Source: Botryllus schlosseri
Lineage: Eukaryota
Assembly: GCA_051294905.1 (NCBI GenBank)
Contig: CM119371.1
Location: forward strand, 21,702,001 to 21,766,000
DNA: 64,000 nucleotides
Reading direction: 5' to 3'
Shown: positions 40,624 through 52,445 of the stretch, in pieces
How positions within the stretch are numbered: position 1 is the stretch's first letter
Layout: the number at the start of each line of letters is the position of its first letter
Program-made: the position numbers and the translations under genes
Notes under the pieces: generated by a model
What the model saw: the letters and a program-made list of their open reading frames with translations, nothing else
Database searches by the model: none
Told to the model about the DNA's origin: nothing

Positions 40624-41488
40624 TAGGGATGATGTGAACCTCGGAAAGGTTCAGGTTCGTGTGAACGCGAACGTGAACCTCATTACGACACGTGACGTCA
40701 TATTGCTAATTCCAATTTTACATTTTGGTGAACGGATAGCCTATCATTACGTTAATTATCTTCCTTCGCTTTACCAACAATTTCGAGGACGACTTGCAAG
40801 TGAATATAAAGTTACGCCTTAACGGTCTATAGGCCAGACGGAACAATGTATTCGGCGTCTGATAATTGCGACGTTGATATTGAGCAGCGTGTAAATCGGG
40901 TTTCCATACTTGCTACCGATATTACCACATCAAAAAGTTATACAGCAGTAGCCCACACCCAAATCGCACGGATTTTGTTTTTGTGATACAATAAACGCAT
41001 GAAGTCAAGATTGACGCCGTACACCTGTTATATTTTTTTACATCAGACAACGATCTCAATTCCGTTGATTGTTCGACTAAGCATCATTCGTTGACTGCGT
41101 GTAGTGTATTTCGCTCTTGATGTTATGTGTCATTGCGGGTCAAGCTCACAGCAGAGAGTCACTAAATATTCACAAACGGAAAGCTGGTGATTCCAGCAAA
41201 CTTTTGAAACACAGAAAGTAAAATTTTTGAGATTGTCAAGGTGCATACTGTATGCTCGTTTAGTGCTGATTTTTTTATGCTGCCAGTGCCACTCATGCAG
41301 AGCCCCGCCGTTGAAATGCAATAAATTTCAACCAAAGATGTTATATTGAAGCGAAATTGTTATATATGAAAAAGGTTCACAATTCAGAACCTACCCAAGT
41401 TCGTTTGTGAACCTTAACCCATAGAGTTCTGAGGCTCACACACAGAACACCAACGTGAACCTCACGTTCACCGTTCACCCCATCACTA
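40624..41488. mobile_element. Non-autonomous hAT-like element with GTGAAC subterminal repeats
   Basis: TAGGGATG...CATCACTA ends; TSD CTGACAAG; sister copy at 49037-50484. Confidence 0.88.
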
Positions 41489-42999
41489 CTGACAAGGCTT
41501 TGAAAACATGATTTCTAGGAATCGAAGGTTATCTTATACCGACATCTAGCGAATGTCATGCGTATACTTCGATCATGGTTAGGTCACCCCGTTCCCGAGG
41601 CGAGATAGCGAAGTGGTATAATCCGCGGCTGCACCGGAGGCAATTTTGAAATTTTTGTACGAAACGAGCACTGATCAATATCACGTAGGGGCGATGTGGT
41701 ACCGATGGATCACTGGGACCGAAAATACTTTGAAAAATCTCTATGATCATTCCATGATTACACTCCGTGAACTTGTCTACAATTGCTTTCTGGCAAAATC
41801 TTTCCTCACATACAAAAAAATTCGACGTGTGCGAGCTATGGGGTCTCTCACAGATGTTTTTTTTGTTTTGGGAGGTGTAAAGTAAATTTATATCGACATA
41901 TACATTTTTCTTTGTAACCTTGAACACGAACAAACCAGCAATCATTTTTATTGTGAAGTGTAGGGCTTGTATTAGGCTAAATAATGGCACCTATTATTTT
42001 CGCAGTACTTTCCTTGAGTGGAATTTTTTTCGATTCACTTATAAAATTCGTAGGGTGGGGACCGATGATACAGTAGCCAAATCAAGCAAAATAATCAAGC
42101 ATACTAATCATAAAACAAATGAAACATGCCTACGTACAGGAAATCTTTATGTAATAATTGTATATGATGTTTTATCGCTATAACGAGGTATTTGGATGTC
42201 ACATTGTCGATTTTCGGGCAATATGTATGTACCCTCAAATTTATAAGTCCGAGCCTAAATCGAAATGTGATTTTATGACAACATTTGAGTTAATATTTAT
42301 TCTATTTTTTGACGGTTGCGATCAAACATTCTTCTTTGGCTTACTGTAGCTTAGATTATAATACTGAGCAAGAAAAGTTGTCACATCTGAGGTATTTAGG
42401 GTATATGTGTCATAGGTCCCCGGGTCGTGTGCCATTGGACCCACCGGGTGGGGACCGATGACACGTTCGAGCAACAAATTTTTAACGTCCCTGAATATTT
42501 TTTGAAAAGACGGATATTCATGTATATGTGCGCGATAGGTAGAGCTTGTATCAAAGTGCTGAGCCAGCAAAAGACCTGCTGTTTTCGGCTGAGCATTTTG
42601 AGGCCAGCGATCATTTTCCAATTTTTGATCCATCGGTACCACATCTCCCCTACGACACCATAAGGGCTGACTAGTTCATTACTGATCATCGTTGACCGCA
42701 CCAACAACCTTTAACAACGAGAAGAAGCTCGAACAGAAAGGAATATAAATTATATCGTGAGACTTCTATCATCCAGTTGTGTCTGGACAGGAAGGCCTTT
42801 TAGAACAAGCGAAGGGATTTTATGGTACGGTGACATTCCGTTGACATGGAAATTCAACGATGTCGATCGCACTTTGCGTCGCGGCAACAAAAGTCCAGGT
42901 ACACAAGTAACTTAAGTTGCCGAAGCAGAATGCTCATTGAGTTGAGAATTTTGACCACATGTTGCCATTATAGACGCAATATAACTTCAATGTTAGTGT

Positions 43000-43615
43000 G
43001 GCGAGATAGCGTAGAGGTATAATCAGCGGCTATTACAGCAATGGATCGTGGGTTCGAGTCCGACCAAGGTCGGTTCCAGAATTCCTATACCTAAGTTAGG
43101 GTTACCATATTTTGGAATCGGAAAAGGCGGACACTTTTTCAAAATTTTCCAACTTAGAATACCGGAGAAAAAATGGTAAATTTTTCCCATTTCGTATTCG
43201 GTTGACTAAAAAAAGGTCAACTTTTCGGCTCAGTTCCAGAAATAGCCGCCGGAGCGTTACTTCAGTGCTGATTTACTGTAGCCTATATCAGTCGAATTTG
43301 CCCTACATTTAGGATAAATTCTCAAAGAAGAGGACAAAATCGCAAAAAAGGAGAACATTTAGGCGTCATCGGAGGGCATTTTCGAAAACCTGAATAAGGA
43401 GGACAGCTACCTAAGTTTTGGGGGTTTATCTAGGCTCTACCTCACCAACTCATCCACGAAAGTGGTGTCTTACAAAATGCTTAGGAGTGGGTCGTGCTAC
43501 ACGTCAGCAGATACGGAATTAAAAATAAGGAATATCGGCCTGATGTAAATGACCATTGTAGTCGACAAACGCCATGAATTCCACACACTACAACAATAAC
43601 TCCAACAACAACTTC
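43000..43615 (+). mobile_element. tRNA-derived SINE interrupted by a DNA-transposon fragment
   Basis: A box TAGCGTAGAGG (43007-43017), B box GGTTCGAGTCC (43051-43061), (CAA)-rich tail; head fragment also at 41599-41630 and body fragment at 23353-23495. Confidence 0.72.
43097..43408. mobile_element. hAT-like MITE inside the SINE, right TIR degraded
   Basis: Starts TAGGGTTACCATA; GGACA subterminal motifs; flanking duplication ACCTAAGT (43089-43096, 43409-43416). Confidence 0.65.
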
Positions 43616-44432
43616 AATCTCACCAAACGTTGTATTAGTTGCTCCTAATTCCTTCTCATGCCACAAAGCAGGGGTGATAACATCATATACTACTTATGCG
43701 CACGGATTTTTTTCGCGGAGACATTTCGGACACGATAATGTAATGCTCATGCGATACGCTGTCACACTCAACCAGGTGGTTTCGTTCGCCATTCCTTTTT
43801 ACACTGATTGTCTGCTTTCCTATCATTAGCTCAGTATAGCTACATAAGTAGGCTATATGTATGGCTACCATATTTTTAAAATCCCAATAGACGTCACTTT
43901 TTTCTTGGCGTAATATTTGACTGGAAGTTATAATACCATACATCAATTTATACAGATAATTCGGATCGCGGAGGTTTTACCTATATTTAGTCCACTCATA
44001 GTTTCTGGCCCATGTTTCCACGGCAGATTATGTCAATTTGAAATTTCAGTCTTCTCATTGTAATCTCCTAAAAGTCTCATTAAAGGGACAACAGAGAACA
44101 TTTGGGCGTCCTCGGAGGACACTTTATTTTATTGATAACACGATGACAAATTCTCGTGAAAGAGGAAATTGGGTAGGCCTACTCCTTAGTATATGCCCTG
44201 TCATGGTAAGTAGGGGGATAAGGAATCTTTTATTATTTATTTTTCGTTCAAATCAATAGTATAAGCGGTGCCTACTATTTATATAGGCTATTACCAAAAT
44301 AATATATGATACCACTTGGAAATGGTAAACACGGTTGGCTTTTAGTATTCTCGGAGCGGGCCACCCCTCCATTGAAGTAGGCTTTATCGAGCTGCTGCGT
44401 TTATGGAAGGAGACGCAATTTGCGTAATTCAC

Positions 44433-44641
44433 CTCAATAGTCCCATCAGGTATTCTTATCTTTCCCGTGGACTGGCGAAGATGCGCATCTCTGATCTCAC
44501 CGAGTCTAAATCCTCATTACATGACTGACAGAATACTGAGTGAACGAGACTTTGGAGAGTAAATAAGCGTCTTTCGCCGACGGTACAGTCTCGAGAAAAG
44601 TCGTGACGGATATTTCGACTTCCATTCTTGACAGTAGACAA
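44433..44641 (-). pseudogene. Exon-like segment weakly paralogous to 18518-18718, with in-frame stop
   Basis: ACAG acceptor, phase-0 start; FSRDC..RRLFTL..VH..LDSVRSEMRI aligns by eye with FLRSC..RNLKDL..CH..IRRARNDLTI. Confidence 0.3.
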
Positions 44642-45158
44642 CTGTCTCTGGTCTAGTGACTAATCATAAACGGCGGAACTGGTTTTATTATCACTTCTTG
44701 AATATTATATTAGGCTAGTCATCATTATTTCCAATATTATATTGTTCAAGAATAGAAAATATTGCACTAATTCATGGTGATACAGGTAAAACCGTAAATG
44801 CAAAAATATATGACGCATTATTTTCACCCCCAACATGATCACACAACACTCCAAATATCAAGGTCGAGGTGGTTCGCTATGACGGGCACGCGCGACCTCG
44901 TAACCTACAATACATTACAATACTTCCAGCGAATTGGAATGGTCTGATAATAATCAACAGGTAGGTTTATAGGCTGTTCATCATTTCCAAACGTAGTCGC
45001 TGCTATTCATTTCAGGCCTTCACCGACTGCCTTTTAAACAAAGTGCTGATGTATGGCACAAGACCACCCACCTACAGCAAATAAACTCAATGACTGAAGC
45101 ATATCGAAGGCGTTATTTTATGGTATCTAGGGTCATTAGAGAAAACACAGGTTGGGGC

Positions 45159-45349
45159 CAATGTTCCTTCTAAGCTGCGCACGAGCACAATTGCGTAGTG
45201 CTGACAAGGTCTCTGCGCAGAGAGAATCTACGAAGCGCAAAAAAATCCGCAGTAATGACCTTTTTTAGTCGTTACGCACTGCTGTCCAAGAGACCGCGCA
45301 ATGAGTTGGTGAGTGCGCGCAGACTCGTGAAAAATTAAAGGGAAAATTG
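45159..45349. mobile_element. Small hAT MITE
   Basis: CAATGTTCCTTCTAA / TTAAAGGGAAAATTG ends; degenerate TSD GTTGGGGC / GTTGAGAC. Confidence 0.6.
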
Positions 45350-46262
45350 GTTGAGACATCACCAAATTTTCAGGTAAAAACTAGAGTCTAGTCTAGTGCC
45401 TAGTCAAACCATTGTATTGCACAACTGTGCCGTCCCAATGACGGCGAATCACAATCCAATAGGCGAGAAGACATCTACTCAAAATCATCACATAGTTAAC
45501 TTCAGTAGCGCTCAGTTTCACACTGTAAAGGCAGGGATGGTGAAACTAATTATAGTTCGTTGCCAGGTGTAAATAAAGGGAAAAGTGATGTTGTATTGTA
45601 TATTACTACCTAATTACAAGTGGGAATTATTACACATGTAATAAATGTATGTCACAATGACTTCAAGTGGAAGTAGATTTGGACAGATGTTACGAACTTT
45701 TGTTGTCCATGGCATCGGTTTTCGTGATTGCAAGATGCATCTTAGCGACCACTGTAGAGTGAGGAACACCAATGAATAGTGAAACTTCCAACATTATAAT
45801 TTGCTACCCTTTCCCTCACATTGGTACGCATCAACAAATTTCCACGCCGCATTCACCCACAAAAATGACACGAACCTATCCATTATAATATAATATATAA
45901 TAATTATAATAAGTTTGAAATAAATTTAAAAAAACGCGGAAGTAGGAGTAAAAGTAGTAGAAAATGTAACCGTTTAGTAGTAAACAAATGAGCCTTAATA
46001 CTCTTCGATTTTATTGTTGATAGCAACTTTAGCAACCGATACGGCTCGAAAACGTGACTAGTAAATAGTAGACTAAAGACTTGACCACTAGAGCAAGCAG
46101 CAAAAGCACCTACTCTAAAGAAATAGACTACTCATTAGTGATCTGCTAGTAGGTAATTTCACATACCTGCACTCTAAAATTGCACATGCACAACATTAAA
46201 AAACATTTCACTAAATATTAGTGCCATAAAACACGCGAAGCTGAATCAAATCATCAATCAAA

Positions 46263-46493
46263 TCATTTGTTTCGAAAAAGGTATTCTAAAACCGAATGTA
46301 GGTGTCCTTTATCATAAGGAATCTGCTCCATGTCGCTATTATCGTTAGAATCCAGCAGCGGCTCGTGTGACAGTTCCTTTCTCCGTCTCGAATTGTACAA
46401 GATGTAGTGCTGCACCATGAAGACGATGTCGAAAAGCACGCTGAAAAGTCCCAGTCCGAATTTGGTGTGGTCGCAAAACACCAGATTCCACTC
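46263..46493 (-). pseudogene. CTNS: Cystinosin-like terminal exon (TM7 plus C-tail), probably part of a damaged gene
   Basis: EWNLVFCDHTKFGLGLFSVLFDIVFMVQHYILY matches the cystinosin last exon ([32 protein letters not shown]); TAG acceptor; TGA stop. Confidence 0.8.
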
Positions 46494-46674
46494 CTATGTA
46501 ACAACAAGACAAATTATATGAAGACAATGTGAATTGACATGAAGGATGTGATTGCCTTGTTGGTGAACCACAGGGTTGGGGGAAAATCTAGTGCCTGACT
46601 CATTAATTTCAAGTCGAATATTGAGCTCCTATATATTATAATCGATAATTGGAGTAGCACTCATGATGACGCCT

Positions 46675-47555
46675 TAGTGGTCGGGAACGTATGGCTCGCG
46701 AGCCATATATGGCTCTTTTGGGTATAAAATATGGCTCTTTGACAGATTTTCAATTTTGTACTTAATCTTATCGATATTGCAGTGACTTGTTAGTACATTT
46801 TCATAACGTCCAGAATAAATATTCTCGTGGCAGCATAAACATGAATTTGAGAGGTCAAGACAGGGGCGTATTCAGGCCTACGGGCTCTGACCCCTTTACA
46901 AAATCCTCAAATTTAAGTGCTGCAGCACCACCGACCAATACCTCTCGCGAATTCGATGTACGCGACGTCGCGCGCCGCGTAATCTTGTATTGCATCATTC
47001 GTTGATTGACGGAAAAGAATAGCAGACATGGATACGCCTCTATGACAATCTAGTTTTAAAATACACATTGTCTTCTTGATCTACGCCGAGAAATGAACTG
47101 CCTTGGAAGTTGGAAGTGACATTCCTATTACGAATTCAAATTATAAAAAACTTTTAGCTATCTGCGTTCTTGGTTGTAAACTATAGCTTTCTAGTACTGC
47201 CGATATTATGTAGCCGTGTAGTGTAACATCTATGTTGCCGCCGAATATTTTGAGAATTGAGAAGTCGATCAATATCTAGATTTTCCAATCAGTGCTATTG
47301 ATTAATATCAGGTATTATGAATTCTGAGCTATTCACGTAGAATTGCGCTATCACAGGACCATTAGTAGCATACGAGTTTTTACAGACAACGAAAGAGATG
47401 AATCCCATGTAGTGAGTTCGAATTAGTATTGACATGACGTCGCGAATTTACAATTGTAACGTAACAATTGATTGACATGTACGGCTCTGTGGGAGTTAAA
47501 ATTGAAAATATATGGCCAACGTGGCTCTTCAGACGGAAAAGATCCCCGACCACTG
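46675..47555. mobile_element. Non-autonomous hAT element, sister of 332-1412
   Basis: Same TIRs and colinear interior; TSD not recognisable. Confidence 0.85.
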
Positions 47556-49189
47556 CCATAGATACTGTGAGCAAATTGTAATGATCAAACATCTAAGGAA
47601 CCTTTCATCAGACATGGGGTGATTACTTCATGAATGTAATCGATTGCGATTACGATTACTTCTGAATCACGCGATTACGATTACGATTACGATTACATTG
47701 GAAAAATAATCACGATTACTCACGATTACATTTATTTTGCTTCTTAGAATTAATCTTACAAGATATAGTGAAGGCAATATAAGGATTGCGTCGGAAAGGC
47801 CTAATGAGATAACAACAACTTTCTCAATAAATGATGCGCTATTTGCTTGTTACGTCATAATGTACCAATTGCCCAACTTAATAAGGGACGATTTATCGCA
47901 TCAAACGATTTGCATTCTCGCCAGGTCCGTAACTGAGGCACCCCAGACTTTCCAATAGGGTGATGAGAGCGCTCGAAGAGGACTCAAAAGTATTTGGTAA
48001 AACCAACATTAATTATAGAGTATTTTAGTGAGATTTGATTTACTTGAACATTTTTTTCGGGCTTCGCGATTTAAATGTCTCATGATAGCGTGATTTTGAA
48101 CTGCATACCTCTCACCTTCATGAAAAAAGTATGCATAATCTACAGGAATAAGCATTTCGGTGCCGGTCATTACCAAGCCACGACATATCAAAAGACAATG
48201 CAGTTTGGGCCAACATGTGACTCCATAAGAAGTGTATTACTAAAGAAAAACCTTGGCTAAAACTTTGAGCATGTGTCGTTGGTCAATAGCCGCGTTGGGT
48301 GTGCGTTACTAACAATCCTATCCTTAAAATCTGAGCCCACAATACAAATGCCACCCGGGCCACCCACAGAGGAATAAAGACAGGGCAATTATTTGTGCGT
48401 GCGTCTCACGTCATCTACGTTTTGGTGACTGCAATATCACTTGATGTTATATATGACAGATTGGAGGTCACGAATTACCAACATACAATAAAGTAATTGC
48501 ATCAACATACCAGATGATATAATTATGAATTACGTGCCCTCAGCTCCACAGGTAAATCTGACTATCGGGGGCTGAGAGAGGCCTAAAAATGAATAGTAAT
48601 ATAATGCAATTACTAATATTATTGACAATAATTCAGTCTTCAACTTGAAAATTGACCACCCTATTGGGGCCCAAGACCAACGTTCGTAGTGCAGGACGAA
48701 TTGCTGTTTTGGTCCTTATTCTAGCAACAATCCACGCTCTCGCGGCATATATGCGCATTGCGCATGGTTATGGCAGCAGGTAAAGAATTGCGAAATAACG
48801 ATTGGCGCCCGTTTAAAGTATAGAGTCATATGAGAATAAGATAAAGGGACCATAAAAGTCTGCCTTCTACTTAATACAGATACTACACGCTGCCGTTACG
48901 AGAAACGGCAAATAACGGTTCGGTTATGATATACATAAGCCGCTGTTGATTTTGAATGCTTCGTTGTGGAAATTGTGATGTTTTATTGGGCGAGTACAAA
49001 ATTCCAAATCTTTGCTCGGAGTACGTACGTACGTACTAGGGATGGTGTGAACCTCTGAAAGGTTCAGGTTCGTGTGAACGTGAACCTTTTTGAAAGGTTC
49101 TGTGTAGACAGAGAACACGATCGTGAACCTCATGACGTCACGTGACGTCGTATTTCTAATTCCAACCCTACATTTTAGTGAAGTTATAG

Positions 49190-49695
49190 GACTGCATAAA
49201 CCAACATGTCCCCAGATTTATCAGAACACGTGCGTCACGCGATGTGAAAAGCTCACCCTTAACTCATCCACTTAAGATTGATGCTGATCGATCAAAGGCC
49301 ATTAATTCTGCCATCGGCAAACATCTGTTGGATAATCCGATTTGTGCGAATAATTATCGAGACGACCGATTTCGAATCGTAGGTCGAGGCCGTTCACAAT
49401 TCCATTTGGGTGCCTTGGAATCAACTTTTATCAAAATACACCAACCAAAACTCTGTCAACAAAAGGACTTCGTGTATCACCTAAAAATAGTACATTGAAC
49501 GCTCTCTCATTCGAAATTTCATGCTGGTGACGTCATATTTTGTGATACGATTGTTGATATACAATGTTCTTTCCAATTATCTACAAGTTGCTGACGATTA
49601 CCCCTGACGAGTGTCAGCCGAAAATATTCGGGTTCATTTCAATATGAATATACTATTTAATTGTATATTGAAGTTCTGTACCTCCAAGAAGCTCT
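49190..49695 (+). mobile_element. 5'-truncated Penelope-like element (family A): GIY-YIG C-terminus plus pLTR
   Basis: SAIGKHLLDNPICANNY...FHLGALESTFIKIHQPKLCQQK (49244-49498); TSD TGAAGTTATAG (49179-49189, 49696-49706); empty site in the sister element near 40730. Confidence 0.9.
49590..49633 (+). ncRNA. Minimal type I hammerhead ribozyme motif
   Basis: GCTGAC-GATT-ACCC-CTGACGA-G-T-GTCAGC-C-GAAA-ATAT-TC-GGGT: canonical core, stem I ACCC/GGGT, palindromic ATAT loop III; predicted cleavage after C49629. Confidence 0.78.
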
Positions 49696-52358
49696 TGAAG
49701 TTATAGCCTATATTAATGTACACGATACCTATAGCGATGACGCGGGCAACATAATGCTACTATGCTAAACTACAAATTGACGTTTTAAACGTCGGTAAAT
49801 TTTTCAACTGGGGCAATTAATCGGTATAAAAATCCCTTAAAATCAATATCTTCCGTCGCTTTGCCAACAATTTCGACGAGGACTTGAAAGGGAATATAAG
49901 CTTACGCCTTACCGGTCCAGGCCAGCCCGACAATGTATTCGGCGACTGAGTATGGTGACGTTAATATTGAGAAACGGGATTCTATACTTGCTACCGATAT
50001 TACCCCATTAACAAATTATACAGAAGTAGCCAACGCCCCAATCCCACGGATTTTATTTTTATGATACAATAAAAATATGAAGTCAAGATTGACCACGTTC
50101 ACCTGCTAGATTTTTTTACGTTAGACAACGATATCAATTCCTTTGATTGGTCGAATAAGCATAATTCTCTGGCTACATGTATAGTGCATCTCGCTCTTGA
50201 TGTTGTGTCAATGCTGGTCAAGCTCACAGCAGAGAGTCACTAAATATTCACAAACGGAATGCTGGTTATTTCGAGCAGAATTTTTGAGATTCTCAAGGTG
50301 CATGCTCGTTTAGTGTTGATTTTGTTCAACCAAAGCTGTTATAATGAAGTGAAAACTGTAACATGTGAAAAAAGGTTTACAGTTCAGAACCTAGCAAGGT
50401 TCGTTTGTGAACGTGAACCTCTAAATTTCTGAGGTTCAACACACACAGAACGCGAACGTGAACCTCACGTTCACACCATCCCTGGTAGGTACTGCATAGG
50501 CCTGCTGTTAGCCAAACACCAACAGACAAATTGCGTTTAACTATAAGCATAACCTTTATACATAAGTTACCATTCGCAACTAATAGGCAGAATGGTGATT
50601 ATTATTTTGCTGCGAGGTAGTGGCGTCTGGAGTGTTGCGATAACCTGATATATCGCACGGCAGGTGTTCTTACAATCACACTACAATGAACGTCGAATAT
50701 ATATTTACATACAATGTGTGGATACCTCTTACGCAATCATGAGCGAAGCTAATACTTCTGACGTAATAATGAGCAGTGGTGTTTGTAAATCAGACGTTTG
50801 TGCTATCATTAACCTGGTATAATATATTTTCCGTGTTCGCGAATGTTGAGTTTATGTCATAGTCCTTGTACAAATAAAAAGTAATCGCTCTTTCACAAAG
50901 GAATCGATTAGATATGGGAAGTAGTCGATTACGATTACGATTTCTTCGGAATTTTTTCGAATGTAATCGATTGCGATTACGATTACTTGAAATTGCTGTA
51001 ATCGTCGTAATCGATTACGATTACTAATCGCGATTACCCCATGTCTGCCTTTCATATGCTCACAATTACAATCAATTAAACATTTAGGCATGCGAGACTT
51101 GAGCAGAGGTGGTCCGTATCGGAGCACTTCCACTTTTTGCGAGTATTGGGGTCGGTTTTGCATACTTACATTACTCACTTAATGGGTTATGCTTGTAGAA
51201 TGCTGCCACTTTTATTCGAGCAGACTAATTACTCTCTTTTATCTTTTGGATTTTTTAAAGTAGAAATTGGTAGTGGGACAGTTTGCATCACTCCTGGGAT
51301 TGGATTTAGCATAATAGCCCTACGTGATATAGCATCCTTATGATGGTAACAATGGTTATCAAACTGAGGGGCGTGAAAACATCTTAAGGGGGTGCGAAGC
51401 TGCGACGAACTGCAAAGAAGTTAGCGCTACGCGCAATTTAACTCTAATTACAAGATATTTCTAGTTATAGTCCTAATTTCATATTTGAGAATTCTCCCAT
51501 CAACAGTCCCAACCGTCCATGTCATCAAACTATCCGTTGGGATTGCCAGCATTCTGGTTGCATCTAGTTATATGAAAAACGGGGGGGACAAAATTTCTCT
51601 CTCTCATGAAGGGGGGGGGGGGCGTGTCTAAAAAAGAACGAGAACCACTGCCCGATATATTGTCGAAAATTTTTATGTTTGTAGTGTCATCATTAGGTTC
51701 GATTTGATCTCGCAGATGCACATGGTGGACTATTCATAGTATCAATTTTCCAATTCTAGTTGAAGTAGCTTGCCATGTCCCGAAAATCGCACCTCTACAT
51801 CAAATAGTTTCCTAATTTTGCCATATAATCTAAAGTTCATTGTACCTTAGGAAAACGCTGTTATGTCTTACATGAGCACCATGTTCACGAATACACCATT
51901 CCACACAATATTTATGGTGGTACATGTAGATTGCGTACACTGTACAGTCATATTAAAAAGCCAGGAGAGTGGAGTCAGCATTATTTGCATAAGAGTAGCC
52001 CTGGTTAGATTGTGCTACGTTTCTCATCACAGCCGTTTCCAGATTCCTGGCAATGTGTTGCAAAGGGATTTTCGACCCCAGAGCGCCATCTGGCTGAGTC
52101 ATTTTTCTGAATGTATGCACTTTTCTACATTCTCATAAAAAACTAAACCAAGGAAGTTGTATACACGATTATGTATCAATATACCATATCTAATTACAGG
52201 TGTGATAAACCGGTCACCTCAACTCTCTAAAAAAATCCCAAGTGTAGTGGGTTGAATCTGGTTAATTGAACTTTCTCCTATTTCAAATTTACTGTAAAAT
52301 TGAGCTCACGAGCATAGGCTACTCCTAACAACTAAACGTTTATTGGCCACTAACTCAC

Positions 52359-52445
52359 CTCGTGGGTCTACTGCGTGAAGGGCAAAGACAACATCGTGAG
52401 CCGCACTGGATTGACACATTCCAGATACTTCTTGCAGTAATGGGT
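52359..52445 (-). pseudogene. CTNS: Cystinosin-like internal exon with frameshift, deletion and premature stop
   Basis: TAG|THYCKKYLECVNPVRL, then frameshift to DVVFALHAV, ending GAG|GTGAGT; corresponds to cystinosin [26 protein letters not shown]...YE; 87 nt with TAG at codon 26. Confidence 0.75.

Larger units (their letters stand above)
49037..50484. mobile_element. Nested hAT-like element, sister of 40624-41488
   Basis: TAGGGATGGTGTGAAC / GTTCACACCATCCCTG; TSD GTACGTAC / GTAGGTAC. Confidence 0.88.
47609..51047. mobile_element. Non-autonomous hAT-like element with (CGATTA)n subterminal arrays, hosting nested insertions
   Basis: TIRs CAGACATGGGGT / ACCCCATGTCTG; perfect TSD CCTTTCAT (47601-47608, 51048-51055). 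Confidence 0.9.

Noticed and set aside
43000..43073. Functional tRNA gene
   Set aside because: A and B boxes are present, but I could not fold a convincing acceptor and anticodon stem, and the sequence continues into a repeated body and tail typical of a SINE
47620..47730. (CGATTA)n arrays, also at 50900-51040
   Set aside because: Subterminal repeats of the 47609-51047 transposon, not an independent system
51178..51320. Missing cystinosin exon (NFYFKKS and ILQA read on the minus strand before a GTGAGT)
   Set aside because: The matches are short, lack GWSIGN/LLDFTGG and are interrupted by stops; could be chance
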